Positions 50,034 to 57,255 of a DNA stretch of 64,000 bases are shown piece after piece. A program made the position numbers and the translations under genes. Position 1 is the first letter of the stretch. Every line of letters begins with the position of its first letter. The DNA lies in the NCBI GenBank assembly GCA_963812055.1, contig CAWEUA010000017.1, positions 16,253-80,252 on the forward strand, in the 5' to 3' direction. The notes beneath the pieces were generated by a model that was not told the origin of the DNA, searched no databases, and saw only the letters and a program-made list of their open reading frames with translations. The DNA is from an uncultured Actinomycetota bacterium (GTDB taxonomy: Bacteria > Actinomycetota > Actinomycetes > Propionibacteriales > Nocardioidaceae).

Positions 50034-51310
50034 GCCGCTCCCCGGGCGGTGGAGTCGGTCCGGGCGCTGGCGATCCCGACCGCCACCCGGTCGAGGAGCT
50101 CCTCGGCGAGGTCGGGCGTGAGCAGGAGGCCGGGCTTGAACTGCAGCACCTGCGGGTCGAGGGTCGAGAAGATCGCCCACACACCGTGCTCGTACAGGTG
50201 CCGGCTCACCAGCATCGCGCCCCGCGGATGGTCGAACTCGAGCCCGATCACGAGGCCGTCCTGCCGGATTCCGGTGAACCAGCCCGGGTTGTCGTCGCGG
50301 ATCTGGTCGAGCCCCTCACGCAGCAGGTCCGCGAGGTAGTGCACCATCGAACGGGTCTCGGGGCGGCTGCAGATCTCGAGGGTCTTCATCGCGGCGATGC
50401 AGCCGACCTCGGCCCCGCCGAACGTCGACATGTGGGCGAACCCGTCCTCGGTGAGCCAGCCCGCGCACCGCTCGCTGACCAGCACGGCCGCGATCGGGTA
50501 CATGCCGCCCGACAGCCCCTTGCCGGTGACGAGGATGTCCGGCTCGATGCCGTGCTTGGAGATGCACCAGAGCTCGCCGGTGCGCATCAACCCGGTCTGC
50601 ACCTCGTCGGCGACGTACAGCGCGTCGTACCTCTCGCAGAGCTGCTTGACCGTCTCCAGGTAGCCGGGGTCGGGGAGCGGGAAGCCGTACGTCGCGGGGA
50701 TCGACTCCATCAGCACGGCGGCGACGTCGCGACCGCGCAGCGCATCCTCCATCGCTTCGAGGTCGTTGAACGGGACCTGGGCGACCTCGTCCGGACGGTC
50801 GGCGAGGAACAGCTTCGCGAAGCGGTCGTCGCCGGCCGTGACGGCCAGCCCGGTGTGACCGTGGTAGGCCTTCACGATCGAGACGATCTTGCGCTTGCCG
50901 GTGGCGTGCCGGGCCGTCTTGATGGCGATGTCGATGGCCTCGCCCCCGCCGCTGGCGTAGATCACCTTGGTGAGCCCAGGAGGTGCCGACGCGATCAGCG
51001 CCTCCGCGAGGGCGGTCCGCGCCAGCGACGGGAAGTGGTGGTTGCCGATGTCGAAGCGGTGCATCGCCTGCGCGACGGCGGCGACGACCTCGCGGTTGCG
51101 GTGGCCCACGTTGTAGGTGCCGCCGTTGAGATGGGCGTCGATCAGGCGGCGACCCGACATGTCCCAGATCAGGTAGCCCTCACGCCGGTCGATCACCAGG
51201 GGGGTGCCCGAGTCGATCCAGAACTGGGTCTTGCCCGGGTTCCAGAACTCCTTGGCCTTGTCGAGGACCTCCTGCTTGTCCTCGAAGGAGAAGGCCCCGT
51301 AGTCGGTCAC
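50030..51310 (-). CDS. Class III PLP-dependent aminotransferase-fold enzyme (candidate amino-alcohol-phosphate phospho-lyase)
   Basis: SGGGEA, AYHGHT, ESIPATYG, DEVQTG, TGKGLSGG (PLP Lys), STFGG; first gene of the BMC operon. Confidence 0.9.
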   Translation of the reverse strand: MTDYGAFSFEDKQEVLDKAKEFWNPGKTQFWIDSGTPLVIDRREGYLIWDMSGRRLIDAHLNGGTYNVGHRNREVVAAVAQAMHRFDIGNHHFPSLARTALAEALIASAPPGLTKVIYASGGGEAIDIAIKTARHATGKRKIVSIVKAYHGHTGLAVTAGDDRFAKLFLADRPDEVAQVPFNDLEAMEDALRGRDVAAVLMESIPATYGFPLPDPGYLETVKQLCERYDALYVADEVQTGLMRTGELWCISKHGIEPDILVTGKGLSGGMYPIAAVLVSERCAGWLTEDGFAHMSTFGGAEVGCIAAMKTLEICSRPETRSMVHYLADLLREGLDQIRDDNPGWFTGIRQDGLVIGLEFDHPRGAMLVSRHLYEHGVWAIFSTLDPQVLQFKPGLLLTPDLAEELLDRVAVGIASARTDSTARGAA

Positions 51311-51336
51311 CGCGCTCCTTCCGCCCGCTCCGTAAA

Positions 51337-51396
51337 TGGTTCAACCAAGAGTGCATACCTTTTAGGTCGGTGGTGTCAATGGTGTGTTCGCGAACA
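51337..51396. promoter_or_regulatory. AT-rich divergent control region with candidate operators
   Basis: TGGT-TCA-ACCA (51337-51347), ACCT-TTT-AGGT (51357-51367), minus-strand TTGACA (51379-51374), perfect palindrome TGTTCGCGAACA (51385-51396). Confidence 0.55.
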
Positions 51397-51565
51397 AACC
51401 TGAAACAAACAAAATTGATCGCAGATCTTGTGCGGCGTCGCTCGGCGGTGCGACTCTCGTGCCGCTCGGGGTGATCCAGGACACATCGGTACGGACGCGT
51501 CCGGCTCTCGCTCCAGGGGTTCATGGAGTGGGTGCGAGCGGTCCACAGAGAAGGGCGACCTCTCG

Positions 51566-53164
51566 ATGACGACCCAAGACACCACAGGCAGCGAGTTCGT
51601 CGAGGTGCCGGTCGACTCCGGCCACAAGCTCAAGACCGGGGCCATCGGCATGGTCGCGGTGCTGTTCATGGCGACCGCGAACGCGGCGCCGATCACCGCG
51701 ATGAGCGCGAACACGCCGATCGCGGTCGGCTACGGCAACGGCCTGGCCGCGCCCGGCGGCTTCCTCTTCGCGACCATCGTGCTGACCCTGTTCGCGGTCG
51801 GCTTCGTCGCGATGGCGCGCCACGTCACCACCACAGGTGCGTTCTACGGCTTCATCTCCCAGGGACTGGGTCAGGTCTGGGGCATGGCGGCGGGTCTGGT
51901 CGCCACCTTGGCGTACGTCGTGTTCGAGGGCTCGCTGATCGGCGTGTTCAGCTACTTCACCCAGTCGACGCTGGACTCGTGGTGGGGCATCAAGCCGAAC
52001 TGGTTCCTGATCGCCGTCATCGGCATCGTGCTGATCGCCCTGTTCGGCCACTACGACATCAACATCGCGGCCGCCTTCCTCGGCGTCTGTCTCGTCGCCG
52101 AGGTGCTCCTGCTGGCCGCGATGGCGTTCACGGTGCTCTTCCACGGCGGTGGGGACGACGGCCTGATCCCCGGTGCGATCAACCCGCTCAACGCGTTCAA
52201 GTCACTCGTCGAAGGCGGCAACATGCCCGGCTCGTCGGTGTCCCTCGGGGCCTCGATCGACGGCACCCAGGTCGCCGCCGGCTCCGCAGCGATCGGCGTG
52301 TTCTTCGCCTTCTGGTCGTGGGTCGGCTTCGAGACCACGGCGGTCTACGGCGAGGAGTCGCGCGACCCGAAGCGGATCGTGCCCCCGGCGACCATGATCG
52401 CGGTCGTCGGCCTGGGCATCTTCTACACCTTCGTGTCGTGGATGGCGGTCTCCGGCACGGGCGCCAAGGAGTCGATCACGACCTCGGCCGGCAGCAACCC
52501 CGTCGACCTGATGAAGGGCACCTTCGAGCAGTACCTCGGCCACCCGTCGACGTACCTCTTCGACTTCCTGATCGTGACCGGCTCCTTCGCCTGCGCGTTG
52601 GCCTTCCACAACGCGGCGTCGCGCTACATCTACGCGATCGGGCGTGAGATCCCCCGCACCCAGAACAACCTGGGTTCGACGCACAAGCACCACGGGTCGC
52701 CGCACATCGCGTCGGCCACCCAGTCGGCGATCACCCTCGTGATCACGATCCTGTTCTGGGCGAAGATGGGCAACGACGTCGTCCAGGCGGCCTACATCTA
52801 CGAGTACGGCGTGCTGGCGGTGCTCGGGACGATGGCGATCCTGCTGGTGCAGGCGCTCTGCTCGATCGCGGTGATCTGGTACTTCCAGGTGAAGAAGGTC
52901 CACCACGGCAACTTCTGGACCACGGGCGTGATCCCGGCGCTCGGCGCGATCGGGATGCTCTACGTCTGCTACCTGCTGTTCAGCAACCTGTCCTTCGCCG
53001 GCGGTGCCGCGTCGGGGTCGCTGCTCTACAAGCTGATCCCCTACATCGTCGGGGCGACCTTCGTCATCGGGCTGCTCTTCATGTTCCTGCTCAAGCAGCG
53101 CGACCCGGAGCAGTACGCACGCATCGGCCGCACCGTGCTGGAGGACGCCCACGAGCGGGACTGA
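51566..53164 (+). CDS. APC family amino acid/amine permease
   Basis: About 12 TM segments; MATANAAP, GAFYGFISQGLG, WSWVGFETTAVYGEE, HGSPHIA. Confidence 0.9.
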   Translation: MTTQDTTGSEFVEVPVDSGHKLKTGAIGMVAVLFMATANAAPITAMSANTPIAVGYGNGLAAPGGFLFATIVLTLFAVGFVAMARHVTTTGAFYGFISQGLGQVWGMAAGLVATLAYVVFEGSLIGVFSYFTQSTLDSWWGIKPNWFLIAVIGIVLIALFGHYDINIAAAFLGVCLVAEVLLLAAMAFTVLFHGGGDDGLIPGAINPLNAFKSLVEGGNMPGSSVSLGASIDGTQVAAGSAAIGVFFAFWSWVGFETTAVYGEESRDPKRIVPPATMIAVVGLGIFYTFVSWMAVSGTGAKESITTSAGSNPVDLMKGTFEQYLGHPSTYLFDFLIVTGSFACALAFHNAASRYIYAIGREIPRTQNNLGSTHKHHGSPHIASATQSAITLVITILFWAKMGNDVVQAAYIYEYGVLAVLGTMAILLVQALCSIAVIWYFQVKKVHHGNFWTTGVIPALGAIGMLYVCYLLFSNLSFAGGAASGSLLYKLIPYIVGATFVIGLLFMFLLKQRDPEQYARIGRTVLEDAHERD

Positions 53165-53167
53165 CGG

Positions 53168-54208
53168 GTGACCACTGCTCCCGGGGCAGCGCCCATCCGC
53201 TACGAGCCCGATCCGGACGGCGATCCGGCCCGGCTCACCTACACGTTCGGCGGCGTGGAGCCGGTGGCGTCACTCGCACCCGGCTCCGCGCTCTCGACGT
53301 GGACCTTCGACTGTTTCGGTGGTCGGGTGCGCTCGGCGGCGGACGTGGTCTCGGAGGTCTGCGACCCGGCGTACCTCAACCCGCAGACGGGTCCGTTCTT
53401 CATCGAGGGCGCCGAGCCGGGCGACACGTTGGCGGTGCACTTCGTCTCGATCGAGCCGCGCGAGGCCTGGGGCGTCTCGGCCAACGTGCCGTTCTTCGGG
53501 TCGCTCACGGCCACCCCGACCACCGCGATGCTCCACCCGGCACTGCAGGAGCGCACCTGGTACTACGAGCTGGACCTCGAGGACCGGTTGGTGCGGTACG
53601 AAGCCGTCGACTCGACGTTCGCCCTCGACCTCCCGCTGGACCCGATGCACGGCACGGTCGGGGTCGCGCCGCCGCTGGGCGAGGCACGGTCGTCGCTGAC
53701 GCCGGGCTCCTGGGGCGGGAACATGGACACGCCCGAGATGCGCACGGGCGTCACCTGCTACCTGGGGGTGAACGTCCCGGGCGCCATGTTCAGCCTGGGC
53801 GACGGCCACGCCCGCCAGGGTGAGGGGGAGACCTGCGGCGTCGCCGTCGAGACGGCGATGGACACGGTCGTGATCGTCGACCTGGTGAAGGGGGTGCCCA
53901 CCGTGTGGCCGCGGATCGAGTCCGAGACCCACATCATCTCGACGGGCTCGACGAAGCCGCTCGAGGACGCCTTCCGGATCGCGCACGCCGACATGACCGG
54001 ATGGGTCGGTGCGGAGCTCGGCCTCTCACCGCTCGACGCGTACCAGCTGGTCACCCAGGTCGTGGAGTCGCCGGTGGCCAACGTGGTCGACACCGTCTAC
54101 ACGATGACCGCCAAGGTCGCGAAGACCTACCTGCCGGGAGTCCTGGCGTACGACGGCATCCACGAGCGCCTCCGTGCCCAGGCCGCCGCTCTCCGGGAGC
54201 TGGCGTGA
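53168..54208 (+). CDS. Acetamidase/formamidase family protein
   Basis: NPQTGPFFIEGAEPGDTL, PMHGTVGVAP, WGGNMD, LGDGHARQGEGE-CGVAVE. Confidence 0.88.
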   Translation: MTTAPGAAPIRYEPDPDGDPARLTYTFGGVEPVASLAPGSALSTWTFDCFGGRVRSAADVVSEVCDPAYLNPQTGPFFIEGAEPGDTLAVHFVSIEPREAWGVSANVPFFGSLTATPTTAMLHPALQERTWYYELDLEDRLVRYEAVDSTFALDLPLDPMHGTVGVAPPLGEARSSLTPGSWGGNMDTPEMRTGVTCYLGVNVPGAMFSLGDGHARQGEGETCGVAVETAMDTVVIVDLVKGVPTVWPRIESETHIISTGSTKPLEDAFRIAHADMTGWVGAELGLSPLDAYQLVTQVVESPVANVVDTVYTMTAKVAKTYLPGVLAYDGIHERLRAQAAALRELA

Positions 54209-54630
54209 AGGTCGACCTCGACCTCGCCGAGCAGATGGCGCGCGCCGCGTGTGCGGCCGCGGCCGACGAGCAGTGTCTGGTGTCCGCTGCCGTGGTCGAT
54301 GCCGGCGGCCACCTGGTCGCGTTCCGGAGGATGGACGGCGCCGAGTTCGCCGGGGCCACGGTCGCGGTCGACAAGGCGTACACGGCGGCGGGCAACCGCA
54401 TCGCGACCCTGGCCCTGCGCGACCTGGTGGGCCCCGGGCTCGACCTGACCGGGTACTACGCGGCGTCCGGTGGGCGGTTCATCGCGTTCGGCGGCGGCGT
54501 CCCGTTGTGGTACGACGGGCTCGTGGCGGGTGCGGTCGGTGTCAGCGGAGCGAGCGGCGAGCAGGACCATGCGTTCGCCTCGGCCGCGGCGTCGCTCTGG
54601 GCGGACGCAGGGGGTGCGCTCGATGCCTGA
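54205..54630 (+). CDS. GlcG/HbpS-family heme-binding protein (PduO C-terminal-domain-like)
   Basis: AVVDAGGHLVAFRRMDGA, AVDKAYTAA, FGGGVPL, GAVGVSGASGEQD. Confidence 0.85.
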   Translation: MKVDLDLAEQMARAACAAAADEQCLVSAAVVDAGGHLVAFRRMDGAEFAGATVAVDKAYTAAGNRIATLALRDLVGPGLDLTGYYAASGGRFIAFGGGVPLWYDGLVAGAVGVSGASGEQDHAFASAAASLWADAGGALDA

Positions 54631-56872
54631 CTCGCAGGAGCCGATCGGGCGGGTCCGGTTCATGGACGCGCAGCGGGTGAACCTGGACGGCTTCGCCACG
54701 GAGAACGCCGCGCTCGGCATGATCGCCTACGACTCGCCGTCGGACCCCACCGCGTCGCTGGTCGTCCGCGACGGCCGCGTGGTCGAGATGGACGGGAAGG
54801 CCGAGGACGACTTCGACAGCATCGACGAGTTCATCGCCCGCCACGGGCTCGACCTCGAGGTCGCCGACGAGGCGATGGCGGTCGACGACCTCGCCTACGC
54901 CCGGATGCTGGTGGACCCCGCCGTCCCGCGCGCCGAGCTGGTCCGGCTCGCGAGCGGCATGACGCCGGCGAAGCTGGCCGCCCCCCTCGGGCTGCTGCGT
55001 CCGGCCGAGCTGATGATGGCGATGACCAAGGTGCGGGCACGACGTACGCCGAGCAACCAGGCGCACGTCACCAACCGCCTGGACGACCCGTTGCTGCTGG
55101 CCGCCGACGCGGCGACGGCCGCGGCGTTCGGCTTCCGCGAGCTCGAGACCACCGTGCCGGTCCTGAACGACGCCCCGTCCAACGCCCTGGCGGTCACCCT
55201 GGGCTCGGTCGTCGGTGCGCCCGGCGTGCTCGTGCAGTGCTCGGTCGAGGAGGCCCTGGAGCTCGAGCTCGGGATGCGCGGCTTCGTGTCGTACGCCGAG
55301 ACCGTGTCGCTCTACGGCACCCACGAGGTCTTCGTCGACGGTGACGACACCCCGTGGTCGAAGGCGCTGCTGGCGTCGGCGTACGCCTCGCGTGGGGTCA
55401 AGATGCGGGTCACGTCGGGCGGCGGGGCCGAGGCGCTGATGGGTGGCGCGCAGGGGCACTCGATGTTCTACCTCGAGGCGCGGTGCGTCGCCCTGGCGCG
55501 CGCGATCGGCGCGCAGGGCGTGCAGAACGGCGGCATCGACTCGGCGTCCGTGGCCGCCTCGGTGCCGAAGGGCGTGCGCTCCCTGGCCGCGGAGAACCTG
55601 ATGGTGATGCTCCGCAACCTCGAGTCCTGCTCGGGCAACGACGCCCTGATGAGCGAGTCGGAGATGCGGCGTACGGCGCGCACCCTGCCGACCCTGCTGG
55701 CCGGCTCGGACTTCATCTGCTCGGGCTTCGGCTCGATCCAGCGCTTCGACAACATGTTCGGCCCGAGCAACCTCAACGCCGAGGACATCGACGACTTCCT
55801 GGCCATCCAGCGCGACTGGGGGGTCGACGGCGGGCTCCGGACGACCGACACCGAGCAGCTCGAGCACCTGCGGCGGCGGGCCGCGCAGGTGGCGCGCGAC
55901 GTGTACGCGTGGTTCGGCCTGGCCGACTTCACCGACGAGCAGGTCGAGCTCGCCATGGATGCCGCCGGCTCGAAGGACCTCGGGACGACCGACACGTTGG
56001 CCGTGCTGAACGCGGCGCACACCATCAAGACGTCGGGCATGACCGGTCTGGACGTCGTCTCGGCGCTCCAGCAGTGCGGGTACCCCGACGAGGCGCAGCG
56101 GCTCCTCGACATGCTGGCCGCGCGGGTCAGCGGCGACTACCTGCAGACCGCGGCGATCTTCGACGAGCAGATGAACGTGCTCTCGCTGGTGACCGACCCG
56201 AACGACTACCTCGGACCCGGAACGGGCTACGACCCGACGCCGGAACGGCAGGCCGAGATCGACGCGATCCGGCAGCAGCGCTCGGTGGACGACCTGCGCC
56301 GGGCCCAGGACGACCCCGAGGAGTTCGCGCGGTTCTCGGTGGTCGGCGAGGCCGGCATCGGGACCGCGGCCGGTGAGGTCGTGATCGGGCTGTCCCCGGC
56401 GGTCGGTCGCGCGATCAGCCGGACCCTCTCGGGCCTGACCGTCTCGGAGGCGCTGGCCGAGGTGCTCGCCGGACTCGAGGAGGAGGGGTGCACCGCACGG
56501 CTGGTGCGGATCAACGACTCGATCGACCTCGGCTCCATCGGGCTCAAGGCGGCGCGGCTCGCAGGGTCGGGCATCGGCATCGGTCTGCAGGCGAAGGGGA
56601 CGGCGCTGATCCACCGGCGTGACCTGGCGCCGCTGGCGAACCTCGAGCTGTACAGCGTCGCGCCCACGATCGGACGTCCCGACTACCGGCTGCTGGGCGT
56701 GAACGCCGGTCGTCACGCGAAGGGCGCGACCCCCGACCCGGCGCGCAACCCGTACTCCGACGAGGCCATCGAGGCGCGCTACCACACGCGCGTCGTCGCC
56801 CTGGTCGCGATCGAGCGAGCCCTGGCCACGGGCGGAGCGCCCGAGGAGCTCGCCTGGAAGGGGGAGCCGTGA
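54623..56872 (+). CDS. pduC: Adenosylcobalamin-dependent diol/glycerol dehydratase family, large (alpha) subunit fused to medium (beta) subunit
   Basis: Alpha motifs RARRTPSNQAHVTN, ELETT, YAETVSLYG, DGDDTPWSK, SRGVKMR, YLEARC, QNGG, DNMFG, QRDWGVDGGLR; from about 56333 beta motifs EVVIGLSPAVG, GLEEEG, GSGIGIGLQAKGT, NLELY. Confidence 0.93.
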   Translation: MPDSQEPIGRVRFMDAQRVNLDGFATENAALGMIAYDSPSDPTASLVVRDGRVVEMDGKAEDDFDSIDEFIARHGLDLEVADEAMAVDDLAYARMLVDPAVPRAELVRLASGMTPAKLAAPLGLLRPAELMMAMTKVRARRTPSNQAHVTNRLDDPLLLAADAATAAAFGFRELETTVPVLNDAPSNALAVTLGSVVGAPGVLVQCSVEEALELELGMRGFVSYAETVSLYGTHEVFVDGDDTPWSKALLASAYASRGVKMRVTSGGGAEALMGGAQGHSMFYLEARCVALARAIGAQGVQNGGIDSASVAASVPKGVRSLAAENLMVMLRNLESCSGNDALMSESEMRRTARTLPTLLAGSDFICSGFGSIQRFDNMFGPSNLNAEDIDDFLAIQRDWGVDGGLRTTDTEQLEHLRRRAAQVARDVYAWFGLADFTDEQVELAMDAAGSKDLGTTDTLAVLNAAHTIKTSGMTGLDVVSALQQCGYPDEAQRLLDMLAARVSGDYLQTAAIFDEQMNVLSLVTDPNDYLGPGTGYDPTPERQAEIDAIRQQRSVDDLRRAQDDPEEFARFSVVGEAGIGTAAGEVVIGLSPAVGRAISRTLSGLTVSEALAEVLAGLEEEGCTARLVRINDSIDLGSIGLKAARLAGSGIGIGLQAKGTALIHRRDLAPLANLELYSVAPTIGRPDYRLLGVNAGRHAKGATPDPARNPYSDEAIEARYHTRVVALVAIERALATGGAPEELAWKGEP

Positions 56873-57237
56873 GCCCGGCGACCGGCAAGGCCTGGTCGGG
56901 GCGCCCGGCGTCCGAGCTGAGCGTCGACGGGGTCGTCGGGGGCGAGCTGGGTCCCGACGACATCCGGATCAGCCCCGAGACCCTGCGGCACCAGGCCGAC
57001 GTGGCCCGGGCCCACGCGAACCCCCAGCTGGCGGCGAACTTCGAGCGCGCGGCCGAGCTGACGGCGTTCGACGAGTCGGACATCCTCGCGCTCTACGAGC
57101 TGCTCCGGCCGGGTCGTTCGACGGGCGACCAGCTGCGGGCGAAGGCGGACGAGCTCGAGGCCCGCGAGGCGCCGATCTGTGCGGCGTTCGTGCGCGAGGC
57201 CGCGGCGGTGTACGAGCGGACCGGCCTGACGGCGTGA
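56869..57237 (+). CDS. pduE: Diol/glycerol dehydratase small (gamma) subunit
   Basis: DIRISPETLRHQA, LAANFERAAELT, LYELLRPGRST, FVREAAAVY. Confidence 0.88.
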   Translation: MSPATGKAWSGRPASELSVDGVVGGELGPDDIRISPETLRHQADVARAHANPQLAANFERAAELTAFDESDILALYELLRPGRSTGDQLRAKADELEAREAPICAAFVREAAAVYERTGLTA

Positions 57238-57255
57238 CACCACCATGACCCGGCC

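Noticed and set aside
51311-51565. Cobalamin riboswitch upstream of the dehydratase operon
   Set aside because: I could not find the conserved B12-box elements by eye; an Rfam scan would be needed to exclude it fully.
54623-57237. Straightforward glycerol dehydratase annotation
   Set aside because: The family is secure but the substrate is not: pocket residues differ from glycerol/propanediol enzymes and there is no 1,3-propanediol oxidoreductase nearby.
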